Positions 1 through 9,978 of a stretch of DNA of 36,340 bases are shown piece by piece. The first letter of the stretch is position 1. Each line of letters starts with the position of its first letter. Location of the stretch: positions 1 to 36,340 of the forward strand of contig CAJPPS010000001.1 of assembly GCA_905372595.1 (NCBI GenBank), given 5' to 3'. Both the position numbers and the translations under genes were made by a program. The notes beneath the pieces are model-generated. The model was not told the DNA's origin. It made no database searches and saw only the letters and a program-made list of their open reading frames with translations. The stretch comes from an uncultured Capnocytophaga sp. GTDB taxonomy: Bacteria > Bacteroidota > Bacteroidia > Flavobacteriales > Flavobacteriaceae.

Positions 1-43
1 CCCTTTCTTTTACAAAATTAAATATTATGCAAATTTATTGTAT

Positions 44-3000
44 CTACTCTTCCAAGCGAATATCCAATCCGAGTCCTTTGAGCTCATGCATAAGTACATT
101 AAAGGATTCAGGTAATCCTGGTTCAGGCATTACGTCCCCGTGAACAATAGCTTCATAGGTACGAGCACGACCAATAACATCATCGGACTTCACAGTAAGG
201 ATTTCTCGTAGGGTGCTAGAAGCTCCATAAGCCTCAAGAGCCCATACCTCCATCTCTCCGAAACGTTGTCCTCCGAACTGTGCCTTACCACCAAGTGGTT
301 GCTGTGTGATAAGTGAGTAAGGACCGATAGAACGAGCGTGCATCTTATCATCAATCATATGTCCAAGCTTGATCATATAGATAACTCCTACAGTAGCTTT
401 CTGGTCAAAACGCTCTCCAGTCCCTCCATCATAAAGATAAGTATGTCCGAAGGCGGGTACGCCTGCCTTATCTGTATATTCTGTAATCTGTTCTAGAGAT
501 GCTCCATCAAAGATAGGAGTTGCAAACTTCAAGTCTAGTTTTTGTCCTGCCCATCCAAGTACCGTTTCGTATATCTGCCCAATGTTCATACGAGAAGGCA
601 CCCCTAGAGGGTTCAGTACAATATCTACTGGAGTTCCATCTTCAAGGAATGGCATATCCTCATCACGAACGATACGGGCAACAATCCCCTTATTACCGTG
701 GCGTCCTGCCATCTTATCCCCTACTTTAAGCTTACGTTTCTTAGCGATATATATCTTAGCCAACTTCATAATACCTGCGGGAAGTTCGTCCCCTACGGAT
801 AGGGTAAACTTATCCCTACGGAGCATTCCTTGTAGGTCGTTCAGCTTAATTTTATAGTTATGAATCAAGTCATTTACCAGTTCATTGGTATGGTCATCAG
901 TAGTCCATCCTCCTGGAATAAGATGTGTATAGTCCTCAATCTCACGGAGTCCTTTCTGGGTATGTTTTTTTCCTTTAGCGATAATTTCCTCACCAAGGTC
1001 ATTGAATACCCCTTGAGATGTTTTTCCATTGACTAAGGAGAAGAGTTTATCAAGAAGGCGATCCTTAAGCGCTTCTGCTTTAGCATTGAAAGCAGCGTCT
1101 AGGGCAGCCATTTCATCTTTTTCTTTAGCGCGTTTTTGGCGCGTTTTTACCGCACGAGCGAAAAGCTTCTTGCCGATAACTACCCCTTCCAATGAAGGAG
1201 AAGCTTTTAAGGAAGCATCTTTCACGTCTCCTGCTTTATCTCCGAAGATAGCACGAAGAAGTTTCTCTTCTGGGGTAGGGTCTGACTCTCCTTTAGGAGT
1301 TACTTTCCCGATAAGGATATCCCCTGGCTTGATATTAGCCCCTATACGAACTATTCCGTTCTCATCAAGGTCTTTAGTAGCATCCTCAGAGACATTAGGA
1401 ATATCATTGGTAAGTTCCTCTTCTCCAAGCTTGGTATCACGTACATCCAATGTATATTCATCAATATGGATAGAAGTGAATATATCTTCACGGATTACTC
1501 GTTCAGAGATTACAATCGCATCCTCAAAGTTATACCCTTTCCAAGGCATAAAAGCTACCTTCATATTACGCCCTAAAGCAAGCTCACCATTCTGAGTAGC
1601 ATACCCTTCACAGAGTACTTGTCCTTTGCGTACACGGTCTCCTTTACGTACGATAGGTTTGAGGTTGATACAAGTTCCTTGGTTGGTACGGCGGAACTTA
1701 ATAAGGTTATAAGTAGTAAGTTCGTCATCAAAGGATACAAGGATTTCGTCCTCAGTACGATCATACTTAATTACAATTTTATCAGCATCTACGTAGGTTA
1801 CTGTTCCCTCACGTTCTGCATTCATCAGTACACGGGAGTCTGTAGCCACACGTTGCTCAAGCCCTGTTCCTACAATAGGAGCTTCAGGACGCAAGAGGGG
1901 TACTGCCTGACGCATCATATTGGATCCCATCAAAGCACGGTTCGCATCATCGTGCTCTAGGAAAGGAATCAATGAAGCCGAAATAGAAGCAATCTGGTTA
2001 GGAGCCACATCTATATAATCTACTTCCTCACGAGTAATTACAGGGAAGTCTCCATCTTCTTTCACTACAAGGCGTTCGTCAAGGATATTTCCTTGTTCAT
2101 CTACATTAATATTAGCTTGAGGAATCTTAAGTCCTTCTTCCTCCTCAGCACTCATATAGATAAGCTCATCAAGCTTTACTTTTCCATTTTCTACCTTTCG
2201 GTAAGGGGTTTCAATGAATCCCATATTATTTACCTTAGCATATACCGCCAAGGAAGAAATAAGCCCGATATTAGGTCCTTCAGGAGTTTCAATAGGACAA
2301 AGACGCCCATAGTGAGTATAGTGAACGTCACGCACCTCGAATCCGGCACGCTCACGAGAAAGACCTCCAGGTCCTAACGCTGAAAGACGACGCTTGTGGG
2401 TAATCTCTGCTAATGGATTGGTTTGATCCATAAACTGAGAAAGCTGGCTGGTTCCAAAGAAAGAGTTGATAACGGAAGAAAGTGTCTTAGCATTAATCAA
2501 ATCCATTGGAGTAAACACCTCATTATCACGTACATTCATACGCTCACGGATGGTACGAGCCATACGAGAAAGTCCCACTCCAAACTGAGCTGAAAGCTGC
2601 TCACCTACAGTACGTACACGTCGGTTAGAAAGGTGGTCAATATCATCCACTTCCGCCTTAGAGTTAATTAACTCAATAAGATATTTAACAATGGTGATAA
2701 TATCCTCTTTGGTTAGGACTTGCTTATCCATATTGATATCAAGCCCTAATTTTTTATTCATACGATAACGCCCTACATCTCCAAGGTTATAACGCTGATC
2801 CGAGAAGAAAAGCTTATCAATAATGTCTCGAGCTGTTTCCTCATCGGGTGGTTCTGCATTACGAAGCTGACGATAGATATGTTCTACTGCTTCTTTTTCA
2901 GAGTTGGTAGGGTCTTTCTGAAGGGTATTGTGGATAATGTTATAATCTACAGCACGCTCCTCTTCCTTATGAAGAAGAATTGTCTTCACATTGGCTTCCA

Positions 3001-3841
3001 CAATTTGGTCAATATGCTCCTTCTCAAGAACAGTATCACGGTCAAGAATAATCTCATTACGTTCTATAGAAACTACCTCTCCTGTATCCTCATCTACGAA
3101 ATCCTCGTGCCAAGTATTAAGCACACGAGCCGCAAGACGACGCCCAAGGTACTTTTTAAGCCCTGTTTTGGAAACTTTTACCTCCTCTGCTAGGTCAAAT
3201 ATTTCAAGAATATCCTTATCACGCTCAAAACCAATAGCACGGAAAAGAGTGGTTACAGGAAGTTTCTTCTTACGGTCAATGTAAGCATACATTACATTGT
3301 TAATATCGGTAGTGAATTCAATCCAAGAACCCTTGAAAGGAATGATACGAGCCGAATAGAGCTTGGTACCATTGGCGTGGAAAGACTGCCCGAAGAAAAC
3401 CCCTGGCGAACGGTGTAACTGAGAAACAATTACTCGCTCTGCCCCATTGATGATAAAGGTACCGCTACCGGTCATATAAGGGATAGTACCCAGATACACA
3501 TCCTGCACAATGGTTTCAAAATCCTCGTGCTCAGGATCTGTACAATAGAGCTTCAAGCGCGCCTTAAGCGGAACACTGTAAGTGAGCCCACGCTCAATAC
3601 ATTCCTCCACTCCATAGCGAGGAGGATCCACAAAATAATCAAGAAATTCAAGAACAAACTGGTTGCGGGTATCCGAAATAGGGAAGTTTTCTTTAAAAGT
3701 GCTATAAAGCCCTTCATTACTTCTGGCATCGGACTTGGTATCTATCTGGAAGAAATCTTGAAAGGACTTCACCTGAATATCCAAAAAGTCAGGATAATCA
3801 GGCACGTGCTTAGTAGAAGCAAAATTGATTCTGGCAGCCAT
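44..3841 (-). CDS. rpoB: DNA-directed RNA polymerase subunit beta
   Basis: 1265 aa with hallmark motifs [14 protein letters not shown] ([31 protein letters not shown]), [12 protein letters not shown] and [18 protein letters not shown]. Confidence 0.99.
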   Translation of the reverse strand: MAARINFASTKHVPDYPDFLDIQVKSFQDFFQIDTKSDARSNEGLYSTFKENFPISDTRNQFVLEFLDYFVDPPRYGVEECIERGLTYSVPLKARLKLYCTDPEHEDFETIVQDVYLGTIPYMTGSGTFIINGAERVIVSQLHRSPGVFFGQSFHANGTKLYSARIIPFKGSWIEFTTDINNVMYAYIDRKKKLPVTTLFRAIGFERDKDILEIFDLAEEVKVSKTGLKKYLGRRLAARVLNTWHEDFVDEDTGEVVSIERNEIILDRDTVLEKEHIDQIVEANVKTILLHKEEERAVDYNIIHNTLQKDPTNSEKEAVEHIYRQLRNAEPPDEETARDIIDKLFFSDQRYNLGDVGRYRMNKKLGLDINMDKQVLTKEDIITIVKYLIELINSKAEVDDIDHLSNRRVRTVGEQLSAQFGVGLSRMARTIRERMNVRDNEVFTPMDLINAKTLSSVINSFFGTSQLSQFMDQTNPLAEITHKRRLSALGPGGLSRERAGFEVRDVHYTHYGRLCPIETPEGPNIGLISSLAVYAKVNNMGFIETPYRKVENGKVKLDELIYMSAEEEEGLKIPQANINVDEQGNILDERLVVKEDGDFPVITREEVDYIDVAPNQIASISASLIPFLEHDDANRALMGSNMMRQAVPLLRPEAPIVGTGLEQRVATDSRVLMNAEREGTVTYVDADKIVIKYDRTEDEILVSFDDELTTYNLIKFRRTNQGTCINLKPIVRKGDRVRKGQVLCEGYATQNGELALGRNMKVAFMPWKGYNFEDAIVISERVIREDIFTSIHIDEYTLDVRDTKLGEEELTNDIPNVSEDATKDLDENGIVRIGANIKPGDILIGKVTPKGESDPTPEEKLLRAIFGDKAGDVKDASLKASPSLEGVVIGKKLFARAVKTRQKRAKEKDEMAALDAAFNAKAEALKDRLLDKLFSLVNGKTSQGVFNDLGEEIIAKGKKHTQKGLREIEDYTHLIPGGWTTDDHTNELVNDLIHNYKIKLNDLQGMLRRDKFTLSVGDELPAGIMKLAKIYIAKKRKLKVGDKMAGRHGNKGIVARIVRDEDMPFLEDGTPVDIVLNPLGVPSRMNIGQIYETVLGWAGQKLDLKFATPIFDGASLEQITEYTDKAGVPAFGHTYLYDGGTGERFDQKATVGVIYMIKLGHMIDDKMHARSIGPYSLITQQPLGGKAQFGGQRFGEMEVWALEAYGASSTLREILTVKSDDVIGRARTYEAIVHGDVMPEPGLPESFNVLMHELKGLGLDIRLEE

Positions 3842-3984
3842 CTAGTATAATTATTAATTCATTAATGATTGTTTTCTGAAAAAAATAGGCTCAATACACA
3901 ACAAATTCCAGTCCATAAAATACATTTAAGAACTGGTACTCAGTGAGTTATTTGAATAATTGATACATACTCTTTTCAAGAGGG

Positions 3985-4016
3985 CAAAGATAATACTATT
4001 TTTCCAGATAACCAAA
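3985..4016 (-). promoter_or_regulatory. Bacteroidota primary-sigma promoter for rpoB
   Basis: On the minus strand TTTG (4016-4013), a 20 bp spacer, then TATCTTTG (3992-3985). Exact match to the TTTG-N19-21-TAnnTTTG consensus, ~145 bp upstream of the rpoB ATG. Confidence 0.85.
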
Positions 4017-4107
4017 CGGACATTTGTTAATTATCCCTTGCCAACTGTTAATTTCTCGTGATATTTTCTAGAGAAAGACTCAAAAGGAGCAAGCAAAATA
4101 CCCTATA

Positions 4108-5064
4108 CTAATAATACTTAATAATCCTTTGCGTAACAAGGAACACGCCTTCACTATCAGAAGTTATTTTCTCAATCCAGTTATGATGCTCGTCATACTT
4201 ATACGTATAGAAATGAGAATTATTACATTTTACCTTTGGATTTTCTAAAAGATCGCCCTCTTTCTTGTGTTCTATCGCAACGTCTCCTTTCTCGTTGTAC
4301 TCATACGAATACTTTATAAAAGAAGTATTGTCCCACCAATGTTCTTTTTTACTTATCTTTCCTTGAGTATCATAGACAAAGACATCTCTGTATTGTACGT
4401 CTCCTGAAGGAATTGCTGCCCACTTGAGGGAGGTAAGTTTCCCTTCTTTATTATAAACAAAAGTAAGATGTGTGGTAGAAGCATATATTTTCCCTTGGTT
4501 GTGTCGTATAGAGGAAATCTTCTCTTCTGTCAGTTGTCCTAAAGAATCATAGGTATAAGTACTATGTTCCTTAAGCAGATTCCCTTGATAGGTCAGCGCA
4601 GAGGTTTTTCTTGCCTTGGGGTCATTGTCCATTGGATCATACTGATATATGACAGACCAACAATGATCTCGTTCTTTTTCAGGAAGTTCCCCTGTGTCAT
4701 AGATTTCAGTATAGCCTGATAGACGATATAGCTTATCATACAGGAAAGTAGTCTTCACCATACAATGTGTAGGCGCATCATATTCCTCATAGGTTAGTTT
4801 TCTTCCTTTCTCATCGAAAGTAATACGGCGCTTTACTATCTCGAGGGTTTTGTATGCTGTTTCATAAGTACGATTGCGGTAATGCTCCAAAGAAGTATAG
4901 TAATTCTCCTCCACCGAGAGCACCTTTCCTTTGAGATTTTTGAACTCTTCATAGGAATCTACCTCTTGGGCTCTTACACAAAAACCGAATAGAAAAAAGA
5001 AGCAAATAATCCCTCTCACCCCTGAAAGAGGAATTAATAACCAATGGGGAGTAACTGATTTCAT
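4108..5064 (-). CDS. Secreted hypothetical protein with YD/RHS-like beta-strand repeats
   Basis: Signal-peptide-like N-terminus ending VRA-QEV. Repeated Y-x-Y-D/N-x-x-G units (YTYDSLGQL, FVYNKEGKL, FVYDTQGKI, YEYNEKGDV, YKYDEHHNW). Ends RIIKYY. Exact start uncertain. Confidence 0.7.
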   Translation of the reverse strand: MKSVTPHWLLIPLSGVRGIICFFFLFGFCVRAQEVDSYEEFKNLKGKVLSVEENYYTSLEHYRNRTYETAYKTLEIVKRRITFDEKGRKLTYEEYDAPTHCMVKTTFLYDKLYRLSGYTEIYDTGELPEKERDHCWSVIYQYDPMDNDPKARKTSALTYQGNLLKEHSTYTYDSLGQLTEEKISSIRHNQGKIYASTTHLTFVYNKEGKLTSLKWAAIPSGDVQYRDVFVYDTQGKISKKEHWWDNTSFIKYSYEYNEKGDVAIEHKKEGDLLENPKVKCNNSHFYTYKYDEHHNWIEKITSDSEGVFLVTQRIIKYY

Positions 5065-5085
5065 AAAGTATCTAAATTAGTAAAA

Positions 5086-5736
5086 TTAAAAAGTCTCTAA
5101 TTTTCCTCTCCAGAACTCCATAGCTGTTTCGGCAAACTCTCTTACATAGTCATCTTCATCGGCAAGAAAAGGCTTTATATGAGTCTCTACGTCCGAGGCA
5201 ATAGAAAGAACTATGATAGAATAGATACGTGAAGAACGGTTTTGATCATAGCTTTCATCTTCTGTGTCAAGGTTGTCAATCTCTTGGTATAACTGTTCAA
5301 TAATTTCCTTTCTTCCTTCAAAGTCCTCTAGAGTTCTAGATGGAAAATCAAATACATTTTCGGGGAGGTCTTTTAGCTCATCAAAGTCATAAGCCTCCTC
5401 GTGCTGCTCAATAACCTCAAGCAAACGACTGATACTCTTAAAGCGAGGTTGTTGTTGGTCTTGGAACTCGTGATCAAGATGGCAGACCATTCCCTTACGA
5501 GCTCCTCCGACGAACACACACCAATAATTGGAATTTTCATCCGTAAGGATTACTCTCAGGTCGTTAAAAAGGGTATAATCATTGAAAAAATCCTGCATTC
5601 CCTCAAAATCCTCATCTTCAACAGCTATAAAACCATCTCTTCTACGAATAAAACGCTCTTCTCCATAGAATTTTTCCAATTGTTCTATATCTTTGTTGTC
5701 AATTCCTGCTTTTTTGAGTTCGTCAAATACTTTCAT
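5086..5736 (-). CDS. SMI1/KNR4 (SUKH)-like protein with C-terminal HEAT-like helix; possible immunity protein
   Basis: SUKH-type core TDENSNYWCV...GMVCHLDHE...RFKSISRLL; very acidic; C-terminal IKPFLADEDDYVREFA resembles a HEAT repeat. Confidence 0.6.
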   Translation of the reverse strand: MKVFDELKKAGIDNKDIEQLEKFYGEERFIRRRDGFIAVEDEDFEGMQDFFNDYTLFNDLRVILTDENSNYWCVFVGGARKGMVCHLDHEFQDQQQPRFKSISRLLEVIEQHEEAYDFDELKDLPENVFDFPSRTLEDFEGRKEIIEQLYQEIDNLDTEDESYDQNRSSRIYSIIVLSIASDVETHIKPFLADEDDYVREFAETAMEFWRGKLETF

Positions 5737-5800
5737 AAGATTATTAAGGATTAAATACTGATTAATTATTAGGAATTACTAGCTAAAGAATCTGTAGAAG

Positions 5801-5808
5801 CAAAAATA
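5801..5808 (-). promoter_or_regulatory. -7 promoter box for the SMI1/KNR4 and YD-like gene pair
   Basis: TATTTTTG on the minus strand 65 bp upstream of ATG 5736; no canonical -33 TTTG at a 19-21 bp spacer. Confidence 0.5.
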
Positions 5809-5859
5809 AGGTATCCTTGTTATACTTTTGAAAAGCAAAAAAAGAACCTAGATTCAAAT

Positions 5860-5887
5860 GGGAGCTCAGGTTATACTCTGAGCCCCC
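5860..5887 (-). terminator. Stem-loop downstream of the DUF4476 gene (probable terminator or stabiliser)
   Basis: Minus strand GGGGGCTCAG-AGTATAAC-CTGAGCTCCC, a 10 bp stem with one G-U pair; U-tail is weak. Confidence 0.55.
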
Positions 5888-5928
5888 TTAACTATAGAAG
5901 ATTATGATTTAGAACAAAATAGTAATAC

Positions 5929-6771
5929 CTACTGCTTAGAGATAAACCTCATCAGGTCTTTACGATAACGTTCGAAAGTAAAGACTTCATAGAGTGTAAA
6001 GTAATTCCCCTTATCTACACAACGGGGGTAGAGAGCCGTTGCCCACTGATATTTATCCTTATCAAAGTTGAATTCAGTAATCAATAGTTTTATCTGAGCA
6101 CAGGTAAAGGCTACCTTGGGTTGAGCTTGGAGGTATTCATTCCTTTCGGAGTCAAAGGAAAGCCTCCTATAAGCATTATAAAAAGTAGTAAATACATCAT
6201 CTGGCATTACCCTCATACTAGGATTCTCGGGAAGATGAGGGGTAGCGCGATAGGGGTTATTCCACAAATCATTCCAGTTCTGCACCCCATACCATTGTTC
6301 TTGTATAGGATAAGTATCCAGTTCATAGAGCCCATATCTTATAAAATAATCCAGTACAGTACGGCTATTAGGCTGAGGATATAGGGTAGAACGGTATACA
6401 AGGTACCCATTGAGGTATATGGTTATAGGTTGAGGCCTAGAAGGAAGGTCAAAAAAGCGAAATTTTCCTGTATCTCCACTTATCTGCTGTGCTCCTACCG
6501 ACACGGTAAAATAGCCTCTTTCAGGGATTCGTAGAAAGACTTCACTAGTACCTGGTGCCTGCATCTCCCATTGGTATTGTTGAGGAGAGTTCCGGTATTG
6601 GTCAAGGTCAGGACGCCTTTGGCTCCCTCCATCTACCTCTATCTGAATACGTAATTTATTGATATCAGAAAGTTTAGCTTCATTCTGTAAGTGCTTGCCT
6701 ACAGTAGCGGCTTCTTGAGCTGAAAGCAAGGCTGTCATCCCAAGTGCAAGGAATAAAAATTGTTTTTTCAT
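5929..6771 (-). CDS. DUF4476 domain-containing secreted protein
   Basis: Signal peptide (LSA-QE); C-terminal SFDSER...FTCAQIKLLITEFNFDKDK...YPRCVDKGNYF...FTF pattern typical of DUF4476. Confidence 0.75.
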   Translation of the reverse strand: MKKQFLFLALGMTALLSAQEAATVGKHLQNEAKLSDINKLRIQIEVDGGSQRRPDLDQYRNSPQQYQWEMQAPGTSEVFLRIPERGYFTVSVGAQQISGDTGKFRFFDLPSRPQPITIYLNGYLVYRSTLYPQPNSRTVLDYFIRYGLYELDTYPIQEQWYGVQNWNDLWNNPYRATPHLPENPSMRVMPDDVFTTFYNAYRRLSFDSERNEYLQAQPKVAFTCAQIKLLITEFNFDKDKYQWATALYPRCVDKGNYFTLYEVFTFERYRKDLMRFISKQ

Positions 6772-6794
6772 TTAAGTATCTTTATTATCACCTC

Positions 6795-7499
6795 CTAGTG
6801 ATTCTTCTTCTCTAGTTGGTTCTGTAGAATAGATAGCAAAATATATGCCAAAATAATCATTGGCAATGCTGTAACCTTAAAGATAAGAAGCAAAAGTACC
6901 GAAAGAAGCAGGTAAATATACTTCATCGCATTATGTTTCCAAGAGAAATCCTTAAACTTCAGTGCCAAGAGTGGTATATTACTATTGAGCAGATAACAAC
7001 TTAGTACAGTAAGTGATAGTGTTGCCCACAAGGGTAAAGCTGAGATATAAGAAGCCTCATTGACAATCACTCCAATAGAGGTGATAAGCAAGGCATTAGC
7101 AGGAGTAGGAAGCCCTATAAATCCGTGTGCCTGCCGAGCATCTATATTAAAGCGAGCTAGGCGATAAGCAGAGGCTAAGGTAACCAGATAACCTACAAAA
7201 GGCAAATAGAAATGACTCAGACTACCATAATGAGCTGCATCATAGCTGATAAGCCAATACATCACCTGACCAGGAACTAAACCGGAGGTAACCATATCAG
7301 CAAGGGAATCCAACTGGAGCCCTAAAGGAGAGGTTACCTTCAGGGCACGAGCAAGAAAGCCGTCAAAGAAATCAAAGGTAATTCCTATAGCTATCCACAA
7401 GAGAGTCCATTGGAATTCCTGCTCAAGAGCGAATTTCAGAGCAATAATCCCCGAAAAGAGGTTCAGGAGGGTAAGAAGGTTAGGGAGATGTTTTTTCAT
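6795..7499 (-). CDS. pssA: CDP-diacylglycerol--serine O-phosphatidyltransferase
   Basis: CDP-alcohol phosphotransferase motif DFFDGFLAR...GLQLDSLADMVTSG, plus RLARFN and FIGLPTPA; multi-TM. Confidence 0.85.
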   Translation of the reverse strand: MKKHLPNLLTLLNLFSGIIALKFALEQEFQWTLLWIAIGITFDFFDGFLARALKVTSPLGLQLDSLADMVTSGLVPGQVMYWLISYDAAHYGSLSHFYLPFVGYLVTLASAYRLARFNIDARQAHGFIGLPTPANALLITSIGVIVNEASYISALPLWATLSLTVLSCYLLNSNIPLLALKFKDFSWKHNAMKYIYLLLSVLLLLIFKVTALPMIILAYILLSILQNQLEKKNH

Positions 7500-7502
7500 T
7501 AT

Positions 7503-8318
7503 CTAAGAGCATTGGTTGGCATCAAGATAGTCCGCTTTGTTATTTCCATTACAGTCCGGAAAGGTAATTGTCCCATCTGAATGATGAATAATCTCATCTA
7601 TAGAAGGGATTCCATCGCCATCGTGGTCATATTTTTGAGTCTTGAGGAGCTTAATCTGGAAGATAAGGGGGGCATAAGCAGGCACCCCTACAGTTCCTGT
7701 ATAGTATGCTATAGGAGAGGGAAGGAAGAAAATCCCCATTCCTCCTGTGGTAGGAGGTGTCAGTATCCCTGTAGAGGTATCTTCTGTAGCACTATCTGAG
7801 GAGTCTTTCATTAGGGCTACCCCCTCACGGAACCCTATAATAGCCCCTCCCAGATAAGCATTCGCCTGAGTCCCTAAGAGGTCGAACCAAGTATTAGTCC
7901 TTAAGGTCATTGCTTGGTCAAACACCTTCCCCTTAAGTGTCTGCCCCTTATAGAGGACAAAAGACCTATCAGCTACTGTTGCTTGGGTACCATTTCCTTC
8001 TTGAAGGATTAGGTAATACATTGTAGTATCATAGTAATTACCGTGACGATCCAGAGCTTTGATTACTTTTCTCTTTAAGTTAGGATGCTCCCAAAGAGCA
8101 GTTTTGGAGGCGTTTCCCCCTGCAAGGGTATCGAGAATAAAATTCTTCTGAGCATCCAATTCGCAGAAGTGCGTGCGAAGGTAGGCTTGTATATCTCGGT
8201 CATTCTCAGGGATAACTTCCGCCATTTCACGGATTTGCACTCCATTATCATCACTTTTTCGGCAGGAGAATACTCCTAAAGAAAGCAGTGCGACAAGGCA
8301 TATATACTTCTTTGTCAT
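7503..8318 (-). CDS. FKBP-type peptidyl-prolyl cis-trans isomerase lipoprotein
   Basis: Lipobox VFSC followed by RKSDD; FKBP motifs VLYKGQTLKGKVFD, IIGFREG, IFFLPSPIAY, PAYAPLIFQIKL; C-terminal Ca-binding-like DHDGDG and DCNGNN. Confidence 0.85.
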   Translation of the reverse strand: MTKKYICLVALLSLGVFSCRKSDDNGVQIREMAEVIPENDRDIQAYLRTHFCELDAQKNFILDTLAGGNASKTALWEHPNLKRKVIKALDRHGNYYDTTMYYLILQEGNGTQATVADRSFVLYKGQTLKGKVFDQAMTLRTNTWFDLLGTQANAYLGGAIIGFREGVALMKDSSDSATEDTSTGILTPPTTGGMGIFFLPSPIAYYTGTVGVPAYAPLIFQIKLLKTQKYDHDGDGIPSIDEIIHHSDGTITFPDCNGNNKADYLDANQCS

Positions 8319-8368
8319 CAGGTAAAAATTTATCTATGAAATTGGGTGCAAGTTACGAAAAAAACTTG

Positions 8369-8376
8369 TATTTTTG
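8369..8376 (+). promoter_or_regulatory. -7 promoter box for the hslR operon
   Basis: TATTTTTG ending 10 bp before ATG 8386, implying a nearly leaderless transcript. Confidence 0.6.
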
Positions 8377-8385
8377 CAAAAAAAA

Positions 8386-8781
8386 ATGCGAATAGACAAA
8401 TACCTTTGGTGTGTGCGTTATTACAAAACACGAAACCTAGCAACAGAGGCTTGTAAGAAAGGACATATCCGTATTAATGGAGAGATAGCCAAAGCTTCCA
8501 AGGAGGTCTATGCACAAGACCAGCTAGAGGTACGCAAAGGAGCTATTTCCTATAAGCTTACAGTATTGGATATGCCTGCTTCTCGAGTAGGCGCAAAGCT
8601 TGTAGGGCTCTACTGTGAGGATCACACCCCTGACGAAGCTTTCGAGCAAGCTGCCCAGCAGGCAGAAGCACAAGCTTACTACCGTGCCAAAGGCGAAGGA
8701 CGCCCCACCAAGAAAGACCGTAGAGCACTGGATGCCCTAACACAATATGAAGCAACTGACCCTGACCTTTTAAATGACTGA
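8386..8781 (+). CDS. hslR: Ribosome-associated heat shock protein Hsp15 (S4 RNA-binding domain)
   Basis: MRIDKYLWCVRYYKTRNLATEACKKG and GRPTKKDRR motifs. Start moved to ATG 8386 because the ORF-track TTG start lies inside the promoter box. Confidence 0.9.
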   Translation: MRIDKYLWCVRYYKTRNLATEACKKGHIRINGEIAKASKEVYAQDQLEVRKGAISYKLTVLDMPASRVGAKLVGLYCEDHTPDEAFEQAAQQAEAQAYYRAKGEGRPTKKDRRALDALTQYEATDPDLLND

Positions 8782-8783
8782 TT

Positions 8784-9272
8784 ATGACCATTATTCTCAC
8801 CGCTGAACAAATCCAACATAAAATCCGTAGAATGGCCTACCAAATCTACGAAGCTAATATTCACCAAAATTCTTTTATCCTTGCTGGAATAGAGGGAAAT
8901 GGCTATGTGCTTGCTCAGAAGCTCTATGAGGAACTCAAAGCCTGTTGCCCTATCCCTGTTACCCTATGTAAGGTAAAAGTAAATAAAACCAACGTTCTTG
9001 CCCCTGTAACCACCTCCCTAGAGGTCGCTGACTACCAAGATCAATCCGTTGTGCTGGTTGATGATGTACTTAGCTCAGGAGCAACCCTAATCTATGGAGT
9101 AAAGCATTTCCTAGAGGTACCTCTCAAGCAACTCAAAACAGCCGTGCTGGTGAATCGTAACCATAAGAAATACCCTATTAAGGCAGACTTCAAGGGAGTG
9201 TCCCTCTCTACCTCCCTACAGGAACATATAGAAGTAAGTTTTGATGGAGAAGCAGTTGCTTACTTGGAATAG
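8784..9272 (+). CDS. Phosphoribosyltransferase family protein (PyrR-like)
   Basis: PRPP-binding motif VVLVDDVLSSGATL; VLVNRNHKKYPIKADF resembles the PyrR C-terminus. Confidence 0.85.
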   Translation: MTIILTAEQIQHKIRRMAYQIYEANIHQNSFILAGIEGNGYVLAQKLYEELKACCPIPVTLCKVKVNKTNVLAPVTTSLEVADYQDQSVVLVDDVLSSGATLIYGVKHFLEVPLKQLKTAVLVNRNHKKYPIKADFKGVSLSTSLQEHIEVSFDGEAVAYLE

Positions 9273-9309
9273 CCATAGAAGTGCATTTTAGGTATAAAAA
9301 CAATTAGAA

Positions 9310-9978
9310 ATGAACATTTTATTGAGCTTATTATTAGTATTTATCTTCCTGAACTCTGTGTTGAAGTTGAGCTTCTGGAAGTGGGGAGCTGTAGCTATTT
9401 TCACTATTGGAGTAGGGGCTTTCCTATGGAATGTATTGGACTTTGCTACAGAGCAATCCCAAGTAACCCTTTCTGCCCTAGTGAATGACCCCAAGGTGCT
9501 CAGTGATATGGCTGTACTAGTAACCATAGAAAGTGCTGTAGGAATGGTATTCTGCTTTGTAAGCCTAAGAGACTTTTACCAAGGCAGACAAAGCCGATGG
9601 AGCCACATACTGAAATGGTTCCCTGGAGTACTACTCTTCCCCACCCTTTTCTATGGGCTTACTCAAACTATTTTTGCCTTCCCTGGGGCTTCCTTTACCC
9701 ATCTGGCTGGGTGGTATGGAATGGGGGTAATTGGAATCATTTTGTTAGGCTCTCGAGCACTAAAAAGCCTATTACCAGAAAAGGAATTACGCCTAGAGGT
9801 GCATCTGCTAATGAATGTCTTTGTAACTCTCCTAGGGCTTACCTGTACCGCCAGTGGGCAGATCATCTATGTTCCTCACAGTGAACCGCTAAACTGGCTC
9901 CTCTTAGGAGAGATTTTCCTCTTCTTCTCAGGACTCTTTGTACTAGGCTTTTTCCTGAAGAAATATTTTCATTTCTAA
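9310..9978 (+). CDS. Multi-pass membrane protein, HmuT-like (heme-utilisation operon permease homolog)
   Basis: About 6-7 TM segments; the pattern LNSVLKLSF...ATEQSQ...DMAVLVTIES...FC...ELRLE..L.N matches my recollection of the gene following CobN-like hmuS in Bacteroidota hmu operons. Confidence 0.6.
   Translation: MNILLSLLLVFIFLNSVLKLSFWKWGAVAIFTIGVGAFLWNVLDFATEQSQVTLSALVNDPKVLSDMAVLVTIESAVGMVFCFVSLRDFYQGRQSRWSHILKWFPGVLLFPTLFYGLTQTIFAFPGASFTHLAGWYGMGVIGIILLGSRALKSLLPEKELRLEVHLLMNVFVTLLGLTCTASGQIIYVPHSEPLNWLLLGEIFLFFSGLFVLGFFLKKYFHF

Noticed and set aside
2370..2460. Rifampicin-resistance region with Ala at the E. coli S522-equivalent position ([13 protein letters not shown])
   Set aside because: The key Asp, His and Ser residues are wild type, and PLAE is a common natural variant in susceptible taxa
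520..3850. Many plus-strand ORFs (up to 188 aa) antisense to rpoB
   Set aside because: Shadow ORFs of a highly conserved gene; Ser/Ile-rich antisense composition with no motifs
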